A stretch of 64,000 nucleotides of DNA from Planctomicrobium piriforme (GCA_945869735.1 CAMBPQ010000013.1:155-64154); one strand, 5' to 3'; shown: positions 53,382-63,686, counted from the first letter of the stretch. Notes: generated by a model not told the origin, from the letters alone. Program-made: numbers and translations.

Positions 53382-54151
53382 TGCCTCTCGCAAGCCTGTT
53401 CCGATCCCGGCAAGCAGCCGACGAGGTGCCGCGGGTGGCCATCATGGGCGGCCTCCGTACGGGCACCAACTATCTGAAGTTTCTGCTCGAGAGCAACTAC
53501 GTGGTGCGGGGGGATTTCAACGGCTTCGGCTGGAAGCACGGGGGCGTGCCGATCCTGCCGGCGGGCGGGCCCTGGGCCTATCCCGACATCCCGCTCTGCT
53601 ACATCGTCAAGAATCCTTTCGCCTTCGTGCGCTCCCTCCATCGCTACCACTGCCGCAAGCGGGACCAGAGACATGCGATCAGCCTCGTCGCGGCGGAGCT
53701 GTGGGATGAGTTTCTCACCAGCCCGATCGTGATCTTCGACAGCCAGTTGGCCGGCTCACCGCAGTTGCGATTTGCCAACCCGGTTCACTACTGGAACTTC
53801 CTGTATTGGAACCTCGAGACGCTCGACCGGCAGCGGTTTCGTGTCTGGGGCGTGAACTACGAGGATCTCGTCGCCGACCCGCAGCGGCTCCGGGAGATCG
53901 AAGGCGTGGCGCCGCTCGTCCGCCGTCACGCCGAGATCGTGACTCCCGGCAACCAGCTCAAGCGGCTCGGCGGCGGGGCCGACGTCGCGTCGGCAACCGG
54001 CTACGAGACCACGGAGAGCTTCGATGTCGATGTCTACACGTCGGCCGCGTACCTCGACGCGTTCACCGACGCCCAGCGGGCATTCATCCGCGACGAAGCT
54101 GATTCCTGGCTGATCGACCGCCGCGGCTACACCGACCTGATGCGCGCGTGA
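53378..54151 (+). CDS. Sulfotransferase-like P-loop protein
   Basis: GGLRTGTNYL, GWKHG, IVKNPFAFVRS, VNYEDL; ATGA overlap with the upstream gene. Confidence 0.7.
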   Translation: MMPLASLFRSRQAADEVPRVAIMGGLRTGTNYLKFLLESNYVVRGDFNGFGWKHGGVPILPAGGPWAYPDIPLCYIVKNPFAFVRSLHRYHCRKRDQRHAISLVAAELWDEFLTSPIVIFDSQLAGSPQLRFANPVHYWNFLYWNLETLDRQRFRVWGVNYEDLVADPQRLREIEGVAPLVRRHAEIVTPGNQLKRLGGGADVASATGYETTESFDVDVYTSAAYLDAFTDAQRAFIRDEADSWLIDRRGYTDLMRA

Positions 54152-54163
54152 GCGCTGCTACAG

Positions 54164-54337
54164 CGCATCCGCTTGTGGTGGAGCGGGGCGCGGTGCTAGC
54201 CGCATTCTCCGCGCTTGCGATGGGGGCTTCCTGACGGGAGGCAAGGGGGTTGGCGAACGCTCGAGGAGCCTTGGGCGGATCCTTGCCCCGGCGACTTTTG
54301 CCGCCCCCGAGCCGGCGATCCACGTAAGTCGAATACG
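54164..54337 (-). repeat. Dispersed repeat copy 4, full length
   Basis: Both ends and the core align with the reverse complement of 601-774 (CGCATCCGCTTGTGGTGGAGC...; ...GCCGGCGATCCACGTAAGTCGAATACG). Confidence 0.85.
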
Positions 54338-54339
54338 AT

Positions 54340-55134
54340 CTAGCCGCGCCAAATACCGTGCCGCTCCTGGAAGTAATGAATGCAGGCGGCGTTGGCCTGC
54401 TCGCGGTGGTGGTCGGCGTAGACGTAGTCCACGAGGGCGTCGACGTCGGCAAGGTCGGTCTTGTGCGACAGTTCGGTGGCTGACGCCTTGTGGATTGGAA
54501 TCCGGTTGACCGCCAACTGGCCGGAGAGCCAGATGTCGTCCACCGTCCAGAGCAGATCGGGGATGTCGAATGCGGCCGGTGTGAAAAACTCCGGTCGCAC
54601 GAGCACGCCGCCGTAGCCCTTGCAGATGTCCACGCGTCCGGCCTCGACCTCGAGGGCCCGCATGCCGTGGCGATAGCACGAACTGAAGAGCCCCAGGGTG
54701 GCGAGCGCTAGGCCGCGATACAGAGGGGTGGCCTTGAAAGCCTTCTTGAGCGTGAGCGCGACGACTTCACCGACCTCGGCGATGCACGCGCCGGGATGCT
54801 TGTCGCTCGCCGCGAGGAGCCGCGCGGCCCAGCCGGGATCGTAGAGCCGGTCGTCGTCGCAGTAGAGGATCCGCACGTTGTGACCGCGGAATGCTTGGGT
54901 CGCGGGGAGGATCTTCGTGGCCGGCCCGTAATCAAAGTCGCAACGACGCACCTCGATGCCGGCGGGCAAGGCAGGCAGAGTGAACGAGCCGAACTCCGAG
55001 CGGCGGTAAGACTCTGGGATCCAGAGAATCACGCCGTCGATCCGGGCATCCTGCTGCAGCAGGCTTTTGAGGGTGGGCCCGATCCGGGCCAGCCGCGGCG
55101 GAATGCTCGTCAGCGAGATGATCGTCTCGGGCAT
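54340..55134 (-). CDS. GT-A fold glycosyltransferase-like protein
   Basis: IISLTSIPPRL, DYGPATKILP, YCDDDRLY, GYGGVL, VDDIWLSG. Confidence 0.8.
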   Translation of the reverse strand: MPETIISLTSIPPRLARIGPTLKSLLQQDARIDGVILWIPESYRRSEFGSFTLPALPAGIEVRRCDFDYGPATKILPATQAFRGHNVRILYCDDDRLYDPGWAARLLAASDKHPGACIAEVGEVVALTLKKAFKATPLYRGLALATLGLFSSCYRHGMRALEVEAGRVDICKGYGGVLVRPEFFTPAAFDIPDLLWTVDDIWLSGQLAVNRIPIHKASATELSHKTDLADVDALVDYVYADHHREQANAACIHYFQERHGIWRG

Positions 55135-55241
55135 GGTGGGCTCGCAGTCGGGGGCGGCGAGGAGCGGAGGCAGGGCAGCGCGGCTGCGTGACGTGGCCAG
55201 CCCGCGTTGCTGTCGCCAAAAAATCCTGACACAATCCGGCA

Positions 55242-56264
55242 ATGTTCAACTTGTTTCGGCAGCGACGCCAGTCCGGATCTTCGCACGGCCGCGGGGAGGC
55301 GGCTGGAGATCACGAGATCGTGTCGTCGTTCCGCATGGCTGGCCAGGACGGCGAGCCGGCCGCCACCGCGGCCGTGGCATTCCTGCACTACCGCACTTCG
55401 GTCTTCAATCTCGGCGACTATCTCAGCAGCCCCCGGCATTATTTCCGGTTCGTGCCGGCAGCCGGCAGCCGGCGAGTGGCGGTGATCGGTGGTGGCGTCT
55501 TCGGCCGCTACGAGCGCATCAGGGGCCCGGGCGCGGCCATCGATATCGAAGGCCGCGCCCGGGTGGCATGGGCGGTCGGCTTGAGCCTCAAGGGAGCCGA
55601 CGGTGGCGGCGTGGAACGGCTCGCCGAGATGGCTCGCTCGTTCGACGCCGTCTCCACGCGTGATCCCAACCACGTGAGCGATGCGATTTCATTCTGCCCG
55701 TGCTCGAGCGTCCTCAACGGGATCGTCGACATACCGCCGGGCGATCGCACGGGGATCCTCTTGAACTTCGATCCTCGCGCCAGCGGGCGAGATCCACTCG
55801 CGATGCTGGAGTCGTTTCGGGATGTCGTTGTCGGCGTCAACGCCGTGTCGGAGCGGGACTTTCGCCGGTACTTTGCCCGCTGCGGACGCATCGTCACCAA
55901 TTCCTACCACACCGCGTTTTGGGGACTGCTGTCCGGGCGGGCCGTGGCCATCGTGGGCTTCTCGTCCAAGTATGACAGCCTTCGGGAGATGTTCGGCCTC
56001 ACCCGCGCGCCGCGACGCTACGCCATGGGCGACGGTGACAGTCTGCAGGCCGCGATCGGTGGTGCGCTCGACGAGGAATCGTTCCAGTCGCTCGACGAGC
56101 CGGAAGTCTGGCGTGCGCGGTTTCGTGATCTCAACCGGCGGTATGCCGACCAGCTCGTGGCGGCGGGCCTTTTCGAACGCATCGAGCTGATCGCCGACGA
56201 CGACGATGCCCTCGATCGCCGGCAGGCCGAGATTTTCGCCGACTACGTTCTGCGCGAGTGGTGA
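55242..56264 (+). CDS. Polysaccharide pyruvyl transferase family protein
   Basis: NLGDY, IGGGVF, WAVG, STRD, TNSYH. Confidence 0.7.
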   Translation: MFNLFRQRRQSGSSHGRGEAAGDHEIVSSFRMAGQDGEPAATAAVAFLHYRTSVFNLGDYLSSPRHYFRFVPAAGSRRVAVIGGGVFGRYERIRGPGAAIDIEGRARVAWAVGLSLKGADGGGVERLAEMARSFDAVSTRDPNHVSDAISFCPCSSVLNGIVDIPPGDRTGILLNFDPRASGRDPLAMLESFRDVVVGVNAVSERDFRRYFARCGRIVTNSYHTAFWGLLSGRAVAIVGFSSKYDSLREMFGLTRAPRRYAMGDGDSLQAAIGGALDEESFQSLDEPEVWRARFRDLNRRYADQLVAAGLFERIELIADDDDALDRRQAEIFADYVLREW

Positions 56265-56315
56265 GCCCGATGCCCAGAGGACTCGTGCGGCCGCAACCAT
56301 CCTCTCGTCTGCCGG

Positions 56316-57188
56316 TCAACCGAGGATCGACGAGGCGGGCATGATCCGGGAGACATCGTGGCTTCGCATCCAGGCGAAGATGCGGTCGTATTCCTCGCGT
56401 CGCGCAAGGTTCGCGGCCGTGATCGCCGGCAGATCCGCCGGGGTGTCGGGAACCTGCAGATCCGCCCCGGCCGAGGCGACGATACCGCGAATTTTGTGCG
56501 TGTTGCCCTCGGAGGCGATGAAGGGCACCCCCGCGACACAGGCCGCGTAGACGGCATGATGGCGGCCGGTGATCAGGTGACTGGCCGTCCGCAGCGACGC
56601 CACCACCCGACCCCACGACCAGTCGATGAAGGGCAGCGGTCGGGCGTCGGGAAACAAGTCGTCACGCCGGCCAAAGACGTGTCGCACGCCGTTGACCCGC
56701 TTGTCTTCGAGAAAGAAGTCGGTGGTGGCCGCGGCACCCCGGAAGTTGCGGGCCCACGTGAACCGGGGAAGCTCGTCGAAGAACGAGACGTCGGGGCACA
56801 CCTCGGCCCGCACCCCGTGCCGCTCGGCGAGATCCCGCTGGCTGAGCACCTCGCGCACGACGATGCCTGAAAGCTTGGACAACACGTGGTCGTAGTCCGG
56901 CGGATTATCCTGCCACACGGAGTTCACGAGAAACGCTGGCCGGCCAGACGCCACCGCAGTCGCTAACAGCCGCATCTTGTGATGAAAACGCTTCCCGCCG
57001 TGATGCATGCTCCCTTCGCCGTTCACGAGCAGGGCGTCGTAGTCGGCTTTCTCGGAAACGACCCGCCAGCCCTGCTGCGTGGCCAGCCGGCGCAGCGTCC
57101 GCGCGACCGCGTCGCAGCCCGCGTGGTAGCCGGAATGGTCTCCGGCCAGGCATAGTCTTGGGCGATGCCTCCCAAAGCGGGTCATCAT
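56316..57188 (-). CDS. Polysaccharide pyruvyl transferase family protein
   Basis: HAGC, VNGEGSMHH, VREVLS, CPDVSF, TGRHHA, NTHKI. Confidence 0.8.
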   Translation of the reverse strand: MMTRFGRHRPRLCLAGDHSGYHAGCDAVARTLRRLATQQGWRVVSEKADYDALLVNGEGSMHHGGKRFHHKMRLLATAVASGRPAFLVNSVWQDNPPDYDHVLSKLSGIVVREVLSQRDLAERHGVRAEVCPDVSFFDELPRFTWARNFRGAAATTDFFLEDKRVNGVRHVFGRRDDLFPDARPLPFIDWSWGRVVASLRTASHLITGRHHAVYAACVAGVPFIASEGNTHKIRGIVASAGADLQVPDTPADLPAITAANLARREEYDRIFAWMRSHDVSRIMPASSILG

Positions 57189-57335
57189 CGTGTTGGTGGT
57201 CTTGTCATGAATGGGCTGGTGGTGTTATCCCAATCGACCGCGCGGAGTGTCTCGGGCCCCGATGTACGTGGGTCGCATCCGGCCGTTCTGTGATACCGCC
57301 GCTGCGAGGACGATCGGACTTCTCGGAAATGTCGC

Positions 57336-58610
57336 ATGCTGCCCCGCATCGATGCCATCCCAGTTCCTGGTCTCGGGCGGCTCGACTTCCGCGCGATCGC
57401 GCCGGCGGTGTGGCGTAGTTTCACCTCCCGGTGTCGAGATCCACTGCGGCATCTGGCTGCCGAGTCGGCGTTCTTGGCAGGAGAGTTCGATCGTGCGATC
57501 GCTCGGTTTCGAGGCGTGACACGTGACCCCGTGCTGGGGCCGCGGGCCCGGCTGATGGAAGACTGGATCCGGTTTCACCGCGACGATGTTTCCGTCGGCT
57601 GGCCGCGGTATCCGGGCACCGACTACCAGGAGCCCGTCGCAGGCAGGGTGACCACCGCCATACGCGGCGTGCGCGTCGCCGATCCACGTCGCCCGGGTGA
57701 GCTGGCAACGCATCTCGGAATGCGACGTTGGACCGGGACCGATTCACTCGATGGACCACTGCTCGTGTGGTTCAACTTTCGTGACAGCCTGGGCGGCGAG
57801 ATTCTCGCGAGTCGATTGATCCGGTTGTTTCAGCGGCGTCATCCCGTTCCGCTGTTCCTGGGCTGTGGTTCGCGGCTCGTGACGCTCTTCCGGGAGTCGT
57901 TCCCCGAGTGTGAGGTGATCGATAACTCGGGCCCCGTGGACGGGCTCGCCGGACGCTGCCAGCGCTACGTGCTCGCCCGCGATCTTTTGGGCATGGTGGT
58001 AGGTCGTCCGGAAGACTTCGCCGGTCCTGCGGCTGAGCGGCTCCGCGTGCCCGCGGCAGCGCTCGGCTCCTTGCCCGGCAGTGCGCACCGGCCGCAGGTG
58101 GCCTTCTCGTGGAAAACGACGAACGATCACCAAGGTCGCTATCGCAACGTGCCGGTCGCCAATCTGGCACGAGTGCTGGCCCGCCACGATTGCGACTGGC
58201 ACGTGGCCCAGCATGGCCCCGTGGCAGATGATCTCGCCGTCCTGCGGCGGTCGGTAGCCAAGGACTGTCTGCACACCGACACCCTGCACCCGGCGGCCGA
58301 CATGGCGACGTTCGCGGGTCAACTGGCGGGACTCGACGCCGTGATCACGGTCGACAACTCCTTGCTGCACCTTGCCGGCGGCCTGGGGATCCCGACACTC
58401 GGACTGCTGACGATTCCGGCGTATTGGGCCTGGCCTGCTGAGGGCCCCGGTAGCCGCTGGTATGACTCGGTGCGCCTGCTGCGCCAGCAGCAGCCGGGTG
58501 ATTGGGGATCGGTGCTCAGCCAGCTTGGTGCAGCGCTTGGTGAACTGATGACGCGCCGCAGCTGCGACGAAGGCGGTAGTGAAGGCTCCCCGGATCCGCA
58601 CGCGGCCTGA
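57336..58610 (+). CDS. GT9/heptosyltransferase-like protein with TPR-like N-terminus
   Basis: SLGGEI, LFRESFP, LDAVITVDNSLLHLAGGLGIPT, WYDSVRLLRQ...GDW. Confidence 0.8.
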   Translation: MLPRIDAIPVPGLGRLDFRAIAPAVWRSFTSRCRDPLRHLAAESAFLAGEFDRAIARFRGVTRDPVLGPRARLMEDWIRFHRDDVSVGWPRYPGTDYQEPVAGRVTTAIRGVRVADPRRPGELATHLGMRRWTGTDSLDGPLLVWFNFRDSLGGEILASRLIRLFQRRHPVPLFLGCGSRLVTLFRESFPECEVIDNSGPVDGLAGRCQRYVLARDLLGMVVGRPEDFAGPAAERLRVPAAALGSLPGSAHRPQVAFSWKTTNDHQGRYRNVPVANLARVLARHDCDWHVAQHGPVADDLAVLRRSVAKDCLHTDTLHPAADMATFAGQLAGLDAVITVDNSLLHLAGGLGIPTLGLLTIPAYWAWPAEGPGSRWYDSVRLLRQQQPGDWGSVLSQLGAALGELMTRRSCDEGGSEGSPDPHAA

Positions 58611-58667
58611 AGTCGGCACGGCTGCACGTCAATCGCAGTGGGAGCGGCGCGCTGGTCGCGAGGCGGT

Positions 58668-61600
58668 CTAGCGAAGTGGGCGATAGAGCTCCAGGTCGAA
58701 CGGGTTGTCGCTGACCTTCCAGAGGCGGCCCTTGTTCAGATACATCCGCTGCTGGCTTTCGAGGTCGAGCGGTTTCGCGCCCACCCGTCCAAACACGGAG
58801 AGCTGGTTACCCGATTCATCCACGGCGCGATCGCGATCCACGCCCTCGGAGACCGAGAGCGCCATGCCCCCCTTCGTCACCGGATAGCTCGCCACCAGTT
58901 GCGGCGTGGGTCGGGGACTGAAGCCGACGTTGCCGGGAGTCTCGGGGCCGGTCAACTGCACCACCCGCAGCCCGTTCGCACCATCGGCGACGTAGGCGAA
59001 CTCGCTGACATAGGTGATCCCGAGCTTGACGTCACGGACGTCATTCATCTTGCCATCGGCGTCGAAACACTGGTCGATGAACGGTGCGTGCGGATTGGTG
59101 ACGTCGACGATGACGAGGCCCTGCTGGCCGGCGGCGACATAGGCATACGTGCGGGCCACATAGACCTTGTTGGCCGTTGCCAGTGGCACCGTGGCTAGCG
59201 GTACTGCTGCGGCCGGATCGGTGATGTCGAAGGTCTTGAGCCCCTCCGCATCGCAGACGAAGGCGTTGCGAAACTGAATCTCAACCGAAGTCGGGCGGAT
59301 GACGTTTGGCGAGCCGATCACGGACACAATCTTTGGGCACGTCGGGTCCTCGATCGACACCACGACGATGCCGGCGTTGCAGCAGATCCAGGCATTCGTG
59401 CCCGCGATCGTGATGCTCCGGGCGCCCTTGAGAATCCCATCCGGATTGAAGGTCACGTCGCGCTTTAAAAAGTTGTTGAGCGGGTTGCCGTCGAGGAGTG
59501 TGCCGGCCCCCACCATCACGAGCCCCTCCTCGAGGTCGGAGACGTAGAGGTAGCCGTACATAGCGTGGACGGTGCCCTCGAAGTTGGCGGGGTCGTGCGT
59601 GCGGGTGGGGTCGGGCGCGGTGGTGGAGGGAGAGGCCACGCCGGTGGCGTAGGCGGTCTTCACGTAGAACTGCTGGCCCAGCGGCGACACCGGAGCCGTC
59701 GTGATCCGCTGCGAGAAGGCCTTGTCGTCGATGAATGCGATGTCAAACACCCGTAGGCCGTCGGCACCGCAGGCGGCGTAGAGATACTCCCCCCGCATCT
59801 GCACCTGCAGCACCTCGCGACGCTTGAGGGGATTGAGCGCCAGCGAGACGGCGTCGGCGGTGGCGTGGTGGTGGGATTTCTGGAGCACACCCTGGTTGGC
59901 CAGATGCTTCCCGAAATCATCTGGGAAGGCGATCTTGTGGAACGAACTGCCGATCACCGCCTGCGGCTCCTGCTGCTCGGTCACCACGACTCCGGCCAGC
60001 CCACCGCTACCGAGCCCGACCCAGCAATAGCGGCCGATGAAGTTCGTGTAGTTGGTCCCCTGCATGAGCAGCTGGGCCATGATCGCGTTGTTGTCATCCT
60101 GCTTCGAGACGTGGCAGTCGGTGCACATCTTCGTCTCGTGCGTGCCGGGCCGGTGGGCGGTGAGATCGCGGGGCACGGAGGAGTGCGGGCCGCCGCGGAC
60201 GGTGTGGGGCACGTTCGTGCTGAACGCGATCCCGCTGTAACCCTCGGCCGAGATCGTCTGCTGCTGCGCGTAGATCGATTCGCGGTTAGCGTTGAAGGAG
60301 CCAACGTGGATCGCACAGCTCGACCGCGCGGGTCCGATGCGGTTGCCCGTGGCGTTGCCGTCGCGGGCGAGCATGAAGACGTCATCGCGGAGCGTCTGGA
60401 AGTTGTAGGCCACGTAGTTGCGAGACACGTCTCCCTCGTAGTGAAGCCCCGGCGATTTCTTGTTGACCTTCTGGGGCAGATGGCAGCCGAAGCAGCTCGG
60501 GTTCCACGCGCTGTGGCAGGAGATGCAGCTCATCAAGTTATCGCGATGCGCACAGGCTTCCGGACGAGTGGAGCCACCCCACTCCACGGCGCCGTCATCG
60601 GCCCGGCGCACCGTCTTGGCGAAGGCGGAGAGCACGTTGTAGTGCTCGCTCTGCGGATCGACCGTGGCCTTCGTCTGCTTGATCTCCCACGTCAGGTTCT
60701 CTTCGACCATCGAGTTTTGATAGACCCGCTCCCCTTGGACGACGAACCGCCGCTTGCCGGAGGGCGTGCGGAGCGTCCGCAGGTCGCGTCCCCCCTCGGG
60801 GCTCGAGGTGTCGCTCGCCGGGCCGCTTGTGCGGAGGGTCGCGTAGCGGTCGGTCGTGCCGTGGCAGTCGATGCATGTAATCTCGATCGCCGCGCGGACC
60901 TCACCGTAGAGCTTCGTGTTGCCGTGCATGTCTTGGATGAAGTGGCAGTCGATGCAATGCATCCCGCGTTCCATGTGGATATCGAGCATGTGCACGGGGA
61001 GGCCGTTGCGTTCATGGGCCACCATCGCTTCCTCGATCCGGATCTGCGCGGGGGTCTTTCTGTCGGCGCCGCGGTAGATCTCCTTGATCCGCTCGGGCAT
61101 CTTCACGGCGGCGCGCTGGGCGGCGTTACCGCCGTCGGCCACGATGTCGCCCTTGTGGTCGAGCAGGTTTCCCTTGCGGTCGTGCTTGAGCACCGCCCGG
61201 TAGGCCCAGCCGTGGCCGTGGAAATCGGCGAACTGCGTCTCTTTGGTGCGGTCGTTCAGATCGGTAAGGTTGGCCAGGAATTCGGGGTCGGACAGCATGT
61301 TTTTGACGGCCGACTCGTTGGGATTGGCGAACTGGCTGTTGATCACCTCCTCCGACGTCGGATACCGCTGCTTTTGCGGGTAGACCAGATCGCTGTCGGT
61401 CTCCTCGTCCCACCACATGTAGCCGATGTAGCTGTTCATCACGTTGGTGCCGGGATGGATGTGGCAGACGATGCACTGGCTCGTGGGGATGCCGTTGCCC
61501 GGGGCGAACTGGTGGGCGATTGGATGGCCGCTCTCCCCCTTGGGGATCGTGGGGTCGGGCGAGAAACTGCAGCCGCGGTTTCCAAAGGCGGCGTACGGCC

Positions 61601-62636
61601 CCGAGTGGACGGGAGAGCGGTCGTTGGCATACACGACGTGGCAGCCAGTGCAGCCGCTCGAGCGATAGTCGCCGGGATGGTCATTCGTACCCAGGAAATT
61701 GAGCGTGGGGTCGAGGAGGCGGGTTTTGTTGAGGCTCACGAAGACCGGATCGGTGCGGTTCTCGGTGCCAAGACCACGAGCGCTCAAGCGGGTCCGCGGG
61801 CGGCCATTTTCCTCGAGCCGCTCGGGATTGCCGACCTCGGGGCGGAAGCGTCCGCCGCGTTCGAAGAACCGTAGCACGTTGCTCGGCTGCTGGCGTTCGA
61901 ACCGCGGCAGTGGATCGAGGTAGCGCATCACCGACTTGTAGTTGATCTCGTCCTCGGTCGGCGGCGGCACGGTCTGCAGGCGTTGGCCGATTCCCTCGTG
62001 ACTGTAGCTCTCGCCGTAGGCGGCCCGCTTGTTGGGGATCGAGCCGTTGTTGTAGAGCGCGGCGTTCCAGAGCATGCAGCCGTGCGTCATCATGCTTTTC
62101 TGGACCTGCAGCACGATCGAGGCATGACACCCACCGCAGCTTTCAGGGGCAGCGCGGAGGTCGCCTGGATTGACGAACCGGACGAACTCGGGCGATTCGT
62201 GGTTTAGCAGCGTGTATGACCGGACGGGATTCGCGGAACCGGGCCACGATTCGGGCTCCTTGGGATGCACGTGGGCTCCCTGCTTGGTCAGACAATCAGC
62301 GTTGCCGCCATGGCAGTCGGTGCATCCGAGCCGGACATTCTCACTGCGGTGCATGTCGCCGACGCCGATATGGCAGGTGACGCAACCGTGGCTCTTGCGG
62401 GCTGCTGCGGCGTCGGTCTGCCGCGAAAGATCTTCGCCGAGCAGTTCCGGGGACAAGGGCAGGGGGTTGGCAGGATCAACCGGTGGCAGCGGCCGGACTT
62501 CTTCGCTCGCGGCCAGGGGCGGGCGACCTGAGGCCACGGGCTCGTCAGCGAACACGACCGTTCCCAGGGCCACGGTCAGGCAGCCGAGCGTTCCGGCCAC
62601 GAACAGCCCCGACAACGTGGGCTGCAAACGAGCCAT
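58668..62636 (-). CDS. Large secreted decaheme cytochrome c with C-terminal LVIVD repeat (beta-propeller) region
   Basis: 10 CXXCH: CVTCH, CTDCH, CGGCH, CTGCH, CIVCH, CIDCH x2, CISCH, CFGCH, CTDCH; YAYVAAGQQGLVIVDVTNP, FAYVADGANGLRVV; signal peptide. Confidence 0.9.
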   Translation of the reverse strand: MARLQPTLSGLFVAGTLGCLTVALGTVVFADEPVASGRPPLAASEEVRPLPPVDPANPLPLSPELLGEDLSRQTDAAAARKSHGCVTCHIGVGDMHRSENVRLGCTDCHGGNADCLTKQGAHVHPKEPESWPGSANPVRSYTLLNHESPEFVRFVNPGDLRAAPESCGGCHASIVLQVQKSMMTHGCMLWNAALYNNGSIPNKRAAYGESYSHEGIGQRLQTVPPPTEDEINYKSVMRYLDPLPRFERQQPSNVLRFFERGGRFRPEVGNPERLEENGRPRTRLSARGLGTENRTDPVFVSLNKTRLLDPTLNFLGTNDHPGDYRSSGCTGCHVVYANDRSPVHSGPYAAFGNRGCSFSPDPTIPKGESGHPIAHQFAPGNGIPTSQCIVCHIHPGTNVMNSYIGYMWWDEETDSDLVYPQKQRYPTSEEVINSQFANPNESAVKNMLSDPEFLANLTDLNDRTKETQFADFHGHGWAYRAVLKHDRKGNLLDHKGDIVADGGNAAQRAAVKMPERIKEIYRGADRKTPAQIRIEEAMVAHERNGLPVHMLDIHMERGMHCIDCHFIQDMHGNTKLYGEVRAAIEITCIDCHGTTDRYATLRTSGPASDTSSPEGGRDLRTLRTPSGKRRFVVQGERVYQNSMVEENLTWEIKQTKATVDPQSEHYNVLSAFAKTVRRADDGAVEWGGSTRPEACAHRDNLMSCISCHSAWNPSCFGCHLPQKVNKKSPGLHYEGDVSRNYVAYNFQTLRDDVFMLARDGNATGNRIGPARSSCAIHVGSFNANRESIYAQQQTISAEGYSGIAFSTNVPHTVRGGPHSSVPRDLTAHRPGTHETKMCTDCHVSKQDDNNAIMAQLLMQGTNYTNFIGRYCWVGLGSGGLAGVVVTEQQEPQAVIGSSFHKIAFPDDFGKHLANQGVLQKSHHHATADAVSLALNPLKRREVLQVQMRGEYLYAACGADGLRVFDIAFIDDKAFSQRITTAPVSPLGQQFYVKTAYATGVASPSTTAPDPTRTHDPANFEGTVHAMYGYLYVSDLEEGLVMVGAGTLLDGNPLNNFLKRDVTFNPDGILKGARSITIAGTNAWICCNAGIVVVSIEDPTCPKIVSVIGSPNVIRPTSVEIQFRNAFVCDAEGLKTFDITDPAAAVPLATVPLATANKVYVARTYAYVAAGQQGLVIVDVTNPHAPFIDQCFDADGKMNDVRDVKLGITYVSEFAYVADGANGLRVVQLTGPETPGNVGFSPRPTPQLVASYPVTKGGMALSVSEGVDRDRAVDESGNQLSVFGRVGAKPLDLESQQRMYLNKGRLWKVSDNPFDLELYRPLR

Positions 62637-62943
62637 GCGTTGAACTCCATTTCACGATGCCTCGCCAGGGCAGCTTCCCTGCTGCAATCGCGCGGTGGAC
62701 ACTCCCGCGCTGGCGACTCTGGTAGGATAGGAAGTCTTGCGGTCCTTGCAAAGCCGAGGTGTGCCCGGCGTTTGTGGCCGTTACGGGACCTCGCTCGGGC
62801 TGGCTGGATCGCCGGTGGCCGTCAGTGGGGCAGATGAGAGAAGCCGATCGCGAGGCTCAAGATAGACGCCCAGCAGACGAAACCCTTCGAACCAGTTGGA
62901 CTTGCCGTCCGCGATCAGCTCGCGTGACGTTCTCCCCATTTCT

Positions 62944-63046
62944 TGATCCATCCGAAATGTTAGGTTTTTTACCTTGGCATCACGAGAAAGGGTGGGTTTT
63001 TCGGATGGGAAAGAAGCACTTTACGGAGGAGCAGATCGCTTTCGCG
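62944..63046 (+). mobile_element. IS3-family left-end remnant (truncated orfA)
   Basis: 5'-TG start, AT-rich end, then ATG 63005 MGKKHFTEEQIAFA (typical IS3/IS407 OrfA N-terminus), after which similarity stops. Confidence 0.6.
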
Positions 63047-63193
63047 CCGCCGGCTTCGGTGGCTGCCGCAAGGGTGATGTCGTCATCGGGATCGGCGAGG
63101 AGTACCGGGACCGCTCCGCACAATTCGCCTCGGTATCGCCGCCCGCTTGAAATCTGCTTGATGAGAGCGGTTACGGAAACATAAACCTAGTAC

Positions 63194-63430
63194 ATGGAAC
63201 ACATCGTTACTCTCCACATCGAACAACTTCCCGAGGGCGTCTACCTGGCGACGAGCGATGACATCCAGGGCTTGGTTGCACAAGGCCGGACGATTCAAGA
63301 GACGCTGGAGATAGCTCGCGACGTCGCCAAGAAACTCCTGGAAGCGAGATCCGTTGCGGATGAAGCAACGGCCGGTCGTTTGCCCGAGGCTTGCGAACGT
63401 TTCGATTATCCGTTGGTCGTAGCCACCTGA
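63194..63430 (+). CDS. hicB: HicB-like antitoxin
   Basis: IEQLPEGVYLATSDDIQGLVAQGRTIQETLEIARDVAKKLL; TGATG-coupled to a hicA-like gene. Confidence 0.82.
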   Translation: MEHIVTLHIEQLPEGVYLATSDDIQGLVAQGRTIQETLEIARDVAKKLLEARSVADEATAGRLPEACERFDYPLVVAT

Positions 63431-63686
63431 TGGGACGGCTCGCCGGCTATCCTTACCGCGACATCATCAAACGGCTGAAGGAACTTGGCCTGCGGTTCCA
63501 CCGTCAGGCGGCTGGCTTCCACGAGATTTGGTTCAACGAATCGCTGCGCCGCTATACGACGTTCCAAATCATCCCGGAGACATGCCCGAGGGCACGCTCC
63601 GTGCGATTCTGCGGCAGGCCGGCGTCGAGGTGAACCAGTTTCTCGACGAAGAGCCTGAAAAGCAGGGCGACGCAGCGGCTCAGTAG
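63430..63686 (+). pseudogene. hicA: HicA-like toxin, frameshifted
   Basis: MGRLAGYPYRDIIKRLKELG..RQAAGFHEIW...RYTT continues in the -1 frame at ~63561 as VPNHPGDMPEGTLRAILRQAG. Confidence 0.78.
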
